Source of the DNA: an uncultured delta proteobacterium
Lineage (GTDB): Bacteria > Desulfobacterota > Syntrophorhabdia > Syntrophorhabdales > WCHB1-27
Assembly: GCA_963810935.1 (NCBI GenBank)
Contig: CAWEPK010000003.1
Location: 111,622 to 175,621, forward strand
Direction: 5' to 3'
DNA: 64,000 nt
Part shown: positions 19,834 through 28,902 of the stretch, piece by piece
Numbering within the stretch: position 1 is the first letter of the stretch
Layout: the number at the start of each line of letters is the position of its first letter
Notes under the pieces: generated by a model
Databases searched by the model: none
Told to the model about the DNA's origin: nothing
Seen by the model: the letters and a program-made list of their open reading frames with translations, nothing else
Position numbers and translations under genes: made by a program

Positions 19834-20044
19834 GGGTGACTATGGCCATGACACGCGCCTCATCCTTCTGCCTCACGAACAGAGAGGCATAGCCCTTCTG
19901 GAGGATGAAAAGGCCGTCGTACGCCGTGTCTTTGTGCTCCTTCATCACGTACTCGATCGATTCCCCCCGGAGCGCTTCCTTAAGCAGGTCCATCTCGAAA
20001 ATGTTTTCGACCGTATGGACCTTGACCCACTTATCCGGACTCAT
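19802..20044 (-). CDS. Small DUF2007-like (putative signal-transducing) protein
   Basis: WVKV...FEMDLLKEALRGESI...AYDGLF...LFV; coupled to neighbours. Confidence 0.7.
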   Translation of the reverse strand: MSPDKWVKVHTVENIFEMDLLKEALRGESIEYVMKEHKDTAYDGLFILQKGYASLFVRQKDEARVMAIVTRVKNLPHAEP

Positions 20045-20502
20045 TGGTCCTTATGCTGGGCAGAAGGCGCGGGCTGCACCCGGTCCACCGGGCCTACCCA
20101 TATCTCGACCTGCGTCGTAAAGGCGTCCCTCGACGTCCTGATGTTCGATGCCCGGTCTTCCTTCATAAAGTTCAGGATCATGTCGCCGTATTTGTAGCTG
20201 TTTATGAGGCGCCACCCGTTCTTCGCCATGTTGGTCCTGAAGTATGTCTCCAGCGAAGGAACGTCGACGTTGCCGGAGAGCACGAGCACGCCCGCCTTCA
20301 CGGAAGGCGTCTCATAGACGAAGCTCTTTTCCCTCAGGAGGTTCAGCTCCCTGGGCACAGGGATGTCGGGGAACGTGTAGAAAACAACATTGGGGGCGTC
20401 CTTTTTGGCCGTGGGCGACGGGTCCTGGGCCGCCGGCGGCCGTGCCGAGCATCCCCAAACGAATAGAACCATTGCCGCAAAAACCAACATCCCTTTCTTC
20501 AT
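20041..20502 (-). CDS. Hypothetical lipoprotein
   Basis: Signal peptide ending VWGC lipobox; FPDIPVP motif. Confidence 0.8.
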   Translation of the reverse strand: MKKGMLVFAAMVLFVWGCSARPPAAQDPSPTAKKDAPNVVFYTFPDIPVPRELNLLREKSFVYETPSVKAGVLVLSGNVDVPSLETYFRTNMAKNGWRLINSYKYGDMILNFMKEDRASNIRTSRDAFTTQVEIWVGPVDRVQPAPSAQHKDQ

Positions 20503-21290
20503 ACCTTCCCTCCCTCGTTTTTTCTTTCCAGGTATGCATAGGCGCTGTGGTTGTGAATGCTCTCGAAGTTTTCCGCCTCTACCACAAAATGGGTAACGTT
20601 CGACTCATTGCCCAGCTTCTCGGCAACGTCTCTCGCAACGTCTTCGACGAACTTCGGGTTTTCGAAGGCCTTTTCAGTCACGAATTTCTCGTCCTGCCTT
20701 TTGAGCACGGAGAAGACGTCGCAGCTCGAACAGCCTTCCACTAGGGCTATCAGGTCTTCCAGCCAGAAGAAGCGCTTGAATTGCACAGAGACGGTCACTA
20801 TGCCCCTCTGGTTGTGCGCCCCGTAGTCGCTTATCTCCTTCGAGCAGGGGCAGAGGGTCGTCACGGGCACGGAGACGAACACGGTAAAATCCCTCATCCT
20901 GTTGGCGCTGTCCATGTGGCCCGAGAACCCGCACATATACTCCAGGTAGCCGGGCGTGCCCGTTACAGGGGCGTCCTTCCTGATGAAGTACGGAAAGCGT
21001 ACCTCCATGTGGGCGGTCTCGGCTTTCAGCCTCCCCTTCATCTCCCTCAGGACGCCGGGGAAGTCCCGCATGTTGATCATATTCTTGTGCGCATGGAGGA
21101 TCTCGACGAAGCGGCTCATGTGCGTGCCCTTGAACTCGTGTGGAAGGCTCACGTACATGCTGATCTCGGCAATGGTGTGCTGGGAGCCGTTCACCTTGTC
21201 GAGCACAACGATCGGGTACTTGACCCTTCTCACGCCAACCTTGTCTATCTCGATGTTCCGGGAGTCGTGCATATTCTGTACGTCTTTCAT
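20499..21290 (-). CDS. folE2: GTP cyclohydrolase I, FolE2 type
   Basis: DVQ, KGTHMSRF, TTLCPCSKEIS..GAHNQR, NPKFVED, ESIHNHSAYA. Confidence 0.96.
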   Translation of the reverse strand: MKDVQNMHDSRNIEIDKVGVRRVKYPIVVLDKVNGSQHTIAEISMYVSLPHEFKGTHMSRFVEILHAHKNMINMRDFPGVLREMKGRLKAETAHMEVRFPYFIRKDAPVTGTPGYLEYMCGFSGHMDSANRMRDFTVFVSVPVTTLCPCSKEISDYGAHNQRGIVTVSVQFKRFFWLEDLIALVEGCSSCDVFSVLKRQDEKFVTEKAFENPKFVEDVARDVAEKLGNESNVTHFVVEAENFESIHNHSAYAYLERKNEGGKV

Positions 21291-21296
21291 GCTGTC

Positions 21297-21666
21297 CTAC
21301 TCCCTGTATGCGGCGTAAGCGTTGTCCGATTCCCACACCCGCACTTCTTTGACCGCCACGGCGTGCCCTTCGAGCCTGCTCCTTAAGCCGGCCGTAGAAG
21401 TAGACGGCGAGCCACTCCGAAGAGCTTGCCCTTTCCTTGAAGAAGGGGATGTCGTTTATGTATTTGTGGTCGAGGTCGGCGACTATCGTCCGGAGGTGAG
21501 ATTTGAGGATGGCGAAATCGACCACCATGCCGTCAGCGCCGACCTGCCCGCCCTCGAAAAGCGCCTCAACCCTGAAGTTATGGCCGTGCAAATCCTCGCA
21601 TTTACCATGGTACATCTCGATCCTGTGTGCCGCGGCAAACGTCTCCCGAATGCATAAGGTAAACAT
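21297..21666 (-). pseudogene. queD: 6-carboxytetrahydropterin synthase, frameshifted near 21375 (probably an assembly error)
   Basis: FAAAH...CEDLHGHNF, VDF, LDHKYIN; removing one base restores ...VKEVRVWESDNAYAAYRE*. Confidence 0.88.
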
Positions 21667-21721
21667 GCAGTAATCTATAATGGGGCGGGATTATTGTCAA
21701 TACAGTGATTGGGGCCGGGTG

Positions 21722-21849
21722 GGGGCCGGGATCTTTCCGCGCCTTTCGTGTCGTTTTTCTCGGGCGCGAGTCCTCACATACAAATTACGTATGCTGCGGC
21801 TCGCTTGGTCGAAAAACAACACGAAATCCATCGAAAATCTCCCGGCCCC
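21722..21849. repeat. About 128-bp imperfect palindrome (MITE-like)
   Basis: Nested arms ggggccggga/tcccggcccc, tttcgtgtcgtttttc/gaaaaacaacacgaaa, gcgag..catac/gtatg..ctcgc. Confidence 0.75.
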
Positions 21850-22068
21850 TTTCCTGGGTGTGCTAGGATTCATATGTTTGTAGGATTGGAACCTTAGCTG
21901 TTGGACAGCGTTCGGGCAAGAAAGGCCATACCGGATATTTCTCTGCGTTGACAAATCTGGTTTTTTTTGTTGAAATCACTTCGTCGAAGTGGTAGGTCGT
22001 AATAGGGGCAGGGGATTCACGCGGTAGAGTACAGACAGACCGTTGTCACCAAGCCTTCGGAGGAGAAT

Positions 22069-22836
22069 ATGGCCGACCATGATAAGATGCTCAAGCTTTT
22101 GGCAGGGAAAGATACGCCGACCCCTGATGACTTCAAAGCCTTAGTGACAGGCATTGACAGCCACGAGGTTCTTGCGAAGGTCTTCCTTCTTGAAGGTGTT
22201 CCGTTCGTTTTCAAGGACAGTCCAATGAAATATGTGATTTTCCGTGAACAGGTAGCTGAGCGTTTCGGAGTTGGTTCTCATGACGTCTGCATCGTTGGAA
22301 GCGCGAAACTGGGATTCAGCCCTTCGCCATACAAGTTTGGCACCTCATTTTCGACTACCTCCGACGTTGATGTCGTGGTGGTTTCTGAATCCCTTTTCTA
22401 TAGGGGCTCACGGGAATTGTTGGGTGTTCTCGAACGGCTAGAGCCTGCCCTTTATAAGATAAGAAACCCAGGCCCCACCCCACCCGTCGTTTCTCTTCAA
22501 GATTGGAGGAGCGTTAAGGAAGCTGTGCGCAACTTCGTCTATCGGAATTTCAATCCCGGGCTGTTGCCTTTTGACCACGCCCTAAGGATTGATATCTTTA
22601 GTAAGATCAGCAGTACTGCGGGCCTATTTCTCGCTCTTGAACCGCAGGTCTTTGTTTCAACGATTCGATGTCGAATCTTCTGCGATTGGAAGGCAGCCGA
22701 GGATTACTACGCCAATACCTTACGGCAAGCTAAAGAACAGTTTACCAAGGGTACTCAGAGCGAAGCCGATATCGATGAAGAAGGAGTAACTTTAGAAACG
22801 GCGAGCTCGGTTGAGACAGGCAGAGAGGGCGGGTAA
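22069..22836 (+). CDS. Hypothetical protein with a Pol-beta-superfamily nucleotidyltransferase motif
   Basis: IVGSAKLGFS...SDVDVVVV (hGS...DxD); GGAGGAG RBS; AT-richer than flanks. Confidence 0.75.
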   Translation: MADHDKMLKLLAGKDTPTPDDFKALVTGIDSHEVLAKVFLLEGVPFVFKDSPMKYVIFREQVAERFGVGSHDVCIVGSAKLGFSPSPYKFGTSFSTTSDVDVVVVSESLFYRGSRELLGVLERLEPALYKIRNPGPTPPVVSLQDWRSVKEAVRNFVYRNFNPGLLPFDHALRIDIFSKISSTAGLFLALEPQVFVSTIRCRIFCDWKAAEDYYANTLRQAKEQFTKGTQSEADIDEEGVTLETASSVETGREGG

Positions 22837-23062
22837 CGCTACCTTCCGCCGGAGCGCTTGTAATGTAGGTGAACCCTCTGCTCTTTCGATTGGCAATTGT
22901 CACACTTGAAGACAATCTGTAATGCTGGAGTTGCACGTATTATCACCACCCACCCCGCTTGCTCTCCCAACGCCCCAAATGTCGGGTTCCGGCTTTCACA
23001 AATCATTAATACAAGGCGTCTCTCTGCTCTGAGTACCCCTTCCGTCATAACGGCAGGTTGTC

Positions 23063-23091
23063 TTGACTTCCCCCGGTTATTATGAGATAAT
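23063..23091 (+). promoter_or_regulatory. sigma70 promoter of the cold-shock gene
   Basis: TTGACT-N17-GATAAT, about 110 bp upstream of the ATG (long 5' UTR typical of csp genes). Confidence 0.55.
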
Positions 23092-23203
23092 ACATCTATA
23101 AAGTTTACGTTTTTGCCGTATGAAGGCCGCAAAGACTCTTGAGCTTTGTGGCCCTTTTTATTGCGTTTCGTAACCTTTCAATCTACGAAAGGAGTATCTG
23201 AGC

Positions 23204-23404
23204 ATGACAAAGGGAACTGTTAAATGGTTTAACGAGTCCAAGGGTTTTGGATTCATCGCCCGTGAAGACGGCGAAGACGTTTTTGTCCACCATACGTCGA
23301 TCAGCGGTGGCGGCTTCAAGTCTCTGACCGAAGGTCAGGCTGTCACGTTTGACGTCGAGAAGACGCCAAAAGGCCCCAGGGCCACAAACGTCGTAGCCGG
23401 CTAA
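23204..23404 (+). CDS. cspA: Cold-shock protein, CspA family
   Basis: [28 protein letters not shown]. Confidence 0.96.
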   Translation: MTKGTVKWFNESKGFGFIAREDGEDVFVHHTSISGGGFKSLTEGQAVTFDVEKTPKGPRATNVVAG

Positions 23405-23422
23405 CTTATCGGCTGAATACGC

Positions 23423-23450
23423 AAAAAGGCCCCTTTCCGGGGCCTTTTTT
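23423..23450 (+). terminator. Rho-independent terminator
   Basis: aaaaaggcccc-tttcc-ggggcctttttt. Confidence 0.85.
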
Positions 23451-23514
23451 ATTTGTTTCTTCACTACAGGGTTGCGCCCGGACCCTGCCTCAAGTTATAA
23501 ATGAGGTTTCTCCT

Positions 23515-25431
23515 ATGCCGTTACTCCAGCTCAACGATATTTCATTATCCTTTGGCGGCCCACCGCTGCTGGATAACGTCACCCTCCAAATCGAGGCCGG
23601 TGAAAGGATCGGACTCGTCGGGCGAAACGGCTCCGGCAAGTCTACCCTCATCAGCCTGCTCACAGGCGACGTTGCCCCTGATGCAGGCGCCGTTGCGCGA
23701 AACGGCGACGTGGTGGTCGCCGTGCTCCCCCAGGATGTCCCCGACGGTTTGGCGGGAAGGGTCTACGACGTGGTCGCTTCCGGCTGCCGGGAACATACGG
23801 AACTGCTGCGGGAATACCACGAGTTGACTGTTCAAATCGGCAGTAGCGGCGCACCGGGTCTGCTCGAAAGTCTGGGGCAGGTACAGCGGCGGATAGAGAC
23901 ATCGGGCGCATGGCACCATCACCAGCGGATTAAGACGGTGATCGCAAGGACGGACCTGGATGAGAATGCCGAATTCCGCATGCTGTCCGCAGGTATGAAG
24001 CGAAGGGTTTTTTTGGCCAGGGCGCTGGCGAGTGAGCCCGACGTGCTCCTCCTCGACGAGCCGACCAACCATCTCGACATCACGACTATCCTCTGGCTCG
24101 AAAAATTCCTGCTGAAGTATGAAAAGACATTCATGTTCGTGACCCACGACCGCGCGTTTCTCGCGCGCCTGGCAACGCGCATAGTCGAAATCGACAGGGG
24201 ACGCCTCTTTTCCTTTAGCTGTAGTTACGGTACCTATCTCGAGCGACGCCAGGCCCTCCTGGAATCCGAAGAAAGGCAGGCCCAGGAATTCGATAAAAAG
24301 CTCGCCAGGGAAGAGACGTGGATCAGGAAAGGGGTAAGGGCACGCCGTACGCGCAACGAGGGCAGGGCGCGCGCATTGATGCAGATGCGCGAGGAGCGCG
24401 GGCGCAGGCAGGAGCAGGCAGGCGTCTCGCGACTGGTCATCCGGGAAGCGGAACGGAGCGGCCGGATGGTCGTCGATGCGGAGGGGATTTTCTTTTCGCG
24501 GGGCGACAAAAAGATAGTGAAACAGTTCTCTACGACTATCGTCCGGGGAGACAGGGTCGGCATCATAGGACCCAACGGCTGCGGCAAGACGACCCTTCTC
24601 AAGTTACTGCTCGGCGACATCGAGCCTGCCAGGGGAAAGGTCCGCCTGGGCAGCGGGGTCAAAATCGCCTACTTTGACCAGCTCCGCGAACAACTGGACG
24701 AGAACAAGACGCTCAGGGAAAACATTGCCGACGGCAACGATACCATCATCACGGGGGACGGCTCGCTCCACGTGGTAGGTTACCTTCAGGATTTCCTTTT
24801 TTCGCCCAGCCGGATCATGTCGCCCGTCCGTACCCTATCAGGCGGCGAGCGCAATCGCCTGCTGCTCGCGAAGCTCTTCGCCGTCCCATCGAACGTGCTC
24901 GTCCTTGACGAGCCGACGAACGACCTTGACGCGGAAACGCTCGAGCTGCTCGAAGACCGGCTCCTACTCTACAAAGGCACAATCCTGCTGGTCAGTCACG
25001 ACCGTGAGTTTCTCAATAATGTGGTGACCTCTACGATTGTTTTTGAAGGCGACGGGCGGCTGCAGGAGTATGTGGGTGGTTACGACGACTGGCTCAGGCA
25101 GGCCCAGCCCCCGGTTGAGCCGTCGAAACCGCCTGCACCGAAGGACCGGGACGAGAAGAGGGGAAAGCCGCCGAAGGAGAAACAAAAACTATCCTATAAA
25201 GAGAGCCGGGAGCTGGAAGCGCTCCCTGAGACAATCGAATCCATGGAAGAGGAGAAGCGGCGCCTGGTCGCGACCCTGAACTCCTCTGAATTCTATGCGA
25301 GTTACGACGCCGCGAAGTTGAAGGGAGTCAACGACCGGCTTGAGGCGCTGGAAAGGGGGCTGGACGAGGCCTATCACCGGTGGGACGAGCTGGAAACTTT
25401 GGTCGTAAAATTCAGCGAAGACCAGAGATGA
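23515..25431 (+). CDS. uup: ABC-F family ATPase (Uup-like)
   Basis: Two ABC domains (GRNGSGKST, GPNGCGKTT), WIRKGVRARRTRNEGR linker, KLSYKE coiled-coil tail. Confidence 0.92.
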   Translation: MPLLQLNDISLSFGGPPLLDNVTLQIEAGERIGLVGRNGSGKSTLISLLTGDVAPDAGAVARNGDVVVAVLPQDVPDGLAGRVYDVVASGCREHTELLREYHELTVQIGSSGAPGLLESLGQVQRRIETSGAWHHHQRIKTVIARTDLDENAEFRMLSAGMKRRVFLARALASEPDVLLLDEPTNHLDITTILWLEKFLLKYEKTFMFVTHDRAFLARLATRIVEIDRGRLFSFSCSYGTYLERRQALLESEERQAQEFDKKLAREETWIRKGVRARRTRNEGRARALMQMREERGRRQEQAGVSRLVIREAERSGRMVVDAEGIFFSRGDKKIVKQFSTTIVRGDRVGIIGPNGCGKTTLLKLLLGDIEPARGKVRLGSGVKIAYFDQLREQLDENKTLRENIADGNDTIITGDGSLHVVGYLQDFLFSPSRIMSPVRTLSGGERNRLLLAKLFAVPSNVLVLDEPTNDLDAETLELLEDRLLLYKGTILLVSHDREFLNNVVTSTIVFEGDGRLQEYVGGYDDWLRQAQPPVEPSKPPAPKDRDEKRGKPPKEKQKLSYKESRELEALPETIESMEEEKRRLVATLNSSEFYASYDAAKLKGVNDRLEALERGLDEAYHRWDELETLVVKFSEDQR

Positions 25432-25513
25432 TAAAGAGACGCACCCGCGGGAGCCTTAAGAAATCGCTCCGGCAATGGAAGCTTGATATATAATACTGAA
25501 GAAAGGATGCCGC

Positions 25514-26071
25514 TTGATCAACATTTATGTAGATGCCGATTCCAGTCCCGTTAAGAACGAGACCGTCAGGGTGGCCAAACGCTATGGACTTAAGGTCTAT
25601 TTCGTTTCCAACAACCCCAGGATGAGGGTCCCTGAATACAAATTGGGTGAAGTGGTAGCGGTTAATGACGATTTAGACGCAGCGGACGACTGGATCGTAG
25701 AGCATATTACCGCGAACGACGTGGTGATATCGGCTGATATTCCCCTGGTTGCGCGGTGCATCAAAAAGGAAGCACGAGTCCTCGATCCCAGGGGACGCGT
25801 CTTCACCGAAGAGTCGATAGGAGACGTGCTGTCACGCAGGGACATTATGACTTTCCTGCGGGACACGGGGAACCGGGACACGGTCAGCCGGGCGCCTGCC
25901 TACGATAAGAACGACCGCTCCCGTTTCCTGCAACGCCTGGACGATCTGATCCAGGCAATCCGTAGAGAAAGGGGAAACGACACCGGCAACCAACCGTCGG
26001 ATACCCCCAATCAAGAAGTCGGGGAGAACACGTCAAAAGGTAAGGCCGGCAGCGCAGTCGAGGAATGCTGA
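25514..26071 (+). CDS. YaiI/YqxD (DUF188) family protein
   Basis: IYVDADSSPVK, DAADDWI, DVVISADIPL. Confidence 0.9.
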   Translation: MINIYVDADSSPVKNETVRVAKRYGLKVYFVSNNPRMRVPEYKLGEVVAVNDDLDAADDWIVEHITANDVVISADIPLVARCIKKEARVLDPRGRVFTEESIGDVLSRRDIMTFLRDTGNRDTVSRAPAYDKNDRSRFLQRLDDLIQAIRRERGNDTGNQPSDTPNQEVGENTSKGKAGSAVEEC

Positions 26072-26185
26072 TCGGCGCCCTCTTTCAGGTCCCCAAATCA
26101 TTACACAAACCGTGCTTTTGCTCTGCCCCGGCCGCCCGGCCCGATTGCCACTTGTAAACGGTTCCCCTTTTATTTACAATAGCGT

Positions 26186-26797
26186 ATGTTCGTGACCGAC
26201 GGGGAATCGAATTACGATAAGGTCTGCGCGGAGCTGCTCGTTCTGGTCGATAAAGAGGGCGCGGCTGCGAACGCGCCGGCGCTCGACGGGAGCCTGCACG
26301 AAGGCTTTGCCGCCATGCCGCTGTTCGGCCGTGACTGCATCGTCCGTCCGGACGGAGTATACATGAACGGGCAGAAGGTAGACTTTATGGGCGCCATCCT
26401 TATTGCGCGCTACCTGCTGCAGGCAGGCAAAGAGCCCGTCGGCCAAACATGGCTGCCGTATAGGGACTTAAAGGACGGCGGCCAGTTCTCTTCATTCATA
26501 AAGGCTAATATTGAGGACAAGATAGCGCGGATGTTCGGCGGTAACCGAGGGCTCCTGCACGTGCGCCTGAGCGCCCTCGGGGCAGTGGCGGCGCCGGACG
26601 GCATACGCGGAGACATCGCCCTGGTGCTCCATCCTCTGCCCCTTTTGCCCGTGCTCTGCCTGTTCTGGGACTCAGACGAGGAGTTCCCCGCTTCGTTCCA
26701 GTTCCTTTTCGACAAATCCGCCTCGTCGTACCTCGACCTGGAATCGCTCGCAGTAACGCTTCAATATATCTACCTGAAGGTTACCGGGGAAGCATGA
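26186..26797 (+). CDS. DUF3786 family protein (second paralog)
   Basis: ILIARYL, WLPYRDL, LPVLCLFWDSDEEFPASFQFLFD..LDLESL. Confidence 0.85.
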   Translation: MFVTDGESNYDKVCAELLVLVDKEGAAANAPALDGSLHEGFAAMPLFGRDCIVRPDGVYMNGQKVDFMGAILIARYLLQAGKEPVGQTWLPYRDLKDGGQFSSFIKANIEDKIARMFGGNRGLLHVRLSALGAVAAPDGIRGDIALVLHPLPLLPVLCLFWDSDEEFPASFQFLFDKSASSYLDLESLAVTLQYIYLKVTGEA

Positions 26798-28047
26798 TAA
26801 AGGTCCTTATCATCGATGACGAGCATGCCATCCGCGAGAGCCTTTCCTCTATATTGAGCGACGAAGGGTTCGATGTCTTATCGGCCCGCGACGGCAAAGA
26901 GGGACTTGCCCTTTTCGAGAAGGAGAAGCCCCGCGTAGTCCTCCTCGATATCTGGATGCCGGAAATGGACGGGCTTGAGGTGTTGAAGCTCGTCCGCGAG
27001 ATGGACCACGAGGCGGTAGTTATCGTCATATCAGGCCACGGCACGATCTCGACGGCAGTAGAGGCAGTCAAGATGGGCGCCACCGATTTCCTCGAAAAGC
27101 CGCTATCGATCGACAAGGTCCTCGAAGTGATCAACAGGGGCCTTGCAGGAAAAGGGAACGGCAGAGAGAAGACGGGCGGCAAGGTGCGGATCGAGATCGC
27201 AAAGGGCCGCCAGGCATGCAGGCAGAAAACGGTCGGCAAAAGCATCGTCATGTACGGGATGGGCCTCTTCTCCGGCGTAAAGACGGGCATTATCCTCCTT
27301 CCCATGCCGCCGGACACGGGTATTATCTTCGAGCAGGTGCCGGAGGGCGAGCGCATACCTGCCTTCATCGATTACGTCTATTCGTCGGGAAACGCCTCCT
27401 CGATAAGGGGGAAAAGCTGCACCATACGGACCATCGAGCACTTGATGGCTGCCTGTCACATGTACGGCATCACGAACCTCCTCGTCAAGGTGAGTGATGA
27501 AGTGCCCATATTCGACGGGTCTGCCCGCGAGATTTGCACCAATATAGAAGAAGCGGGCATAACGGAGCAGAACCAGGGCATAGAGCCGCTCGTGGTCGGC
27601 GAGCGCGTCGAGCTTCCGAACCTGCCGGGCGACAAGTACCTCTCGATAGAGCCGGCCGAGGAGTTCGAGATCGACTATACCCTGGACCAGCCGCGCCCCA
27701 TAGGCAAGCAGAGGTACGTATTCAAAGGGGGCAAAGAGGCCTTCCTTCGGGAGATAGCGCCTGCCCGCACTTTCGGCTCGATAAAGGATTTCGAGAGGCT
27801 CGAAAAGATGGGCCTTGCGGCGGGGAGCCGCGTCAGCAGCGTCATGAGTAACGTCATTCTCCTCAACAACGAGGAGGTGATCAATACGGAGTCGAGGTTT
27901 GCCGACGAGTTCGTGAGGCACAAGATCCTCGACTTGATCGGAGACCTCTACCTTGCCGCCCGCCCCGTGATAGGCAAGGTAATTGCCCGCCAGACGGGGC
28001 ACCTCGAAAACATCGCCCTCGTAAAACGGCTGAAAGCCGGTTACTGA
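26794..28047 (+). CDS. lpxC: Response-regulator receiver domain fused to UDP-3-O-acyl-GlcNAc deacetylase
   Basis: Receiver IIDDE/LLDIWMP/SGH/EKP, then RQKTV, GLFSG, TIEHLMAA, EIAPARTFG, RHKILDLIGDL, GH. Confidence 0.92.
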   Translation: MIKVLIIDDEHAIRESLSSILSDEGFDVLSARDGKEGLALFEKEKPRVVLLDIWMPEMDGLEVLKLVREMDHEAVVIVISGHGTISTAVEAVKMGATDFLEKPLSIDKVLEVINRGLAGKGNGREKTGGKVRIEIAKGRQACRQKTVGKSIVMYGMGLFSGVKTGIILLPMPPDTGIIFEQVPEGERIPAFIDYVYSSGNASSIRGKSCTIRTIEHLMAACHMYGITNLLVKVSDEVPIFDGSAREICTNIEEAGITEQNQGIEPLVVGERVELPNLPGDKYLSIEPAEEFEIDYTLDQPRPIGKQRYVFKGGKEAFLREIAPARTFGSIKDFERLEKMGLAAGSRVSSVMSNVILLNNEEVINTESRFADEFVRHKILDLIGDLYLAARPVIGKVIARQTGHLENIALVKRLKAGY

Positions 28048-28058
28048 CACTGATTTTT

Positions 28059-28198
28059 TGTCTCGCGCGACGATAAGACCTGTCTCGCGCGAAGAGACAA
28101 ATATCTCTCTTCGCAAGACGGTCACAAAACACCTTTCCCTGTAAAACCCCGTCCTGACTTAAGCGCCCCGCCCGGCAGCCTATGGCACACTTATTGTA
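28059..28198 (+). promoter_or_regulatory. Putative sigma54 promoter with three phased upstream activator sites
   Basis: TGGCAC-acttA-TTGT at 28183; TGTCTC-N7-GAGACA at 28081 with degenerate copies at 28059 and 28102. Confidence 0.55.
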
Positions 28199-28241
28199 AT
28201 ATCCTCAGTTTCAACCACAATCTTTTAATAGAGGTAAGTAC

Positions 28242-28886
28242 ATGAAAAAACGGGTAATTCTTGTCGTCTGTCTTTGCCTGCCGCTGGTGCTTCTCTGCGG
28301 CCGCGTCTTCGGCGACGGGCCGGGGAAGGACGGATGTGGACCCTTCCTGCCGCAAGGGGAGGCGCACAATCTGCTCAAAGGTACACTCAGCGAAATGCGC
28401 CTGACCGCAGGCAAGCCTGCAATGAATGAGACGGCAGGCGCCTACTATCTGGCGGTAATGATCCCCTATTATGAGGCATGCATACGGCTGGAGCAGCAGG
28501 CGGCCCGCTTCAGCGGCGATACCGGCCTCGTAGCCGCTGCCCTCGACAAATCGCTTGCGGACGAGTTGCTCCTCGGGCGCCTGAAGACGTGGGGGCAGGC
28601 GGGTTCGTACGACACGAAACTCAGCGGCAGCTCGGCCGGCTCCTTTATGGACCTGATGAGGGAGATAAGGGAGACTGCGTGGGATGATATGTCTCCCGCC
28701 CTGTCCGACAGGAGCGCCGAGCGCTCCTTTATAACGGTCATGATTGCCTATGCCCAGGGGGCCGCCGATATGGCGAAGGTGGTGATGATCTTCGAGTCCG
28801 ACGACGAGCTGCGCTCAATCGCGCAGCATGCGATCACGCTCCAGCAGGCAGGCGTCCGCTTGATGCAGTCATATCTGAAAAAGTAG
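28242..28886 (+). CDS. Secreted DUF305-like (ferritin-like) protein, degenerate
   Basis: Signal peptide; two repeats YLAVMIPYYEAC and FITVMIAYAQGAADMAK...ELRSIAQ..ITLQQA...MQSYL. Confidence 0.6.
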   Translation: MKKRVILVVCLCLPLVLLCGRVFGDGPGKDGCGPFLPQGEAHNLLKGTLSEMRLTAGKPAMNETAGAYYLAVMIPYYEACIRLEQQAARFSGDTGLVAAALDKSLADELLLGRLKTWGQAGSYDTKLSGSSAGSFMDLMREIRETAWDDMSPALSDRSAERSFITVMIAYAQGAADMAKVVMIFESDDELRSIAQHAITLQQAGVRLMQSYLKK

Positions 28887-28902
28887 GACAGGATCCCATC
28901 CC

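Noticed and set aside
20674..21666. 330-aa QueD with a long C-terminal extension
   Set aside because: Artefact of a one-base frameshift near 21375. The true C-terminus (VRVWES...) ends at 21297, and the extension is an off-frame read of folE2.
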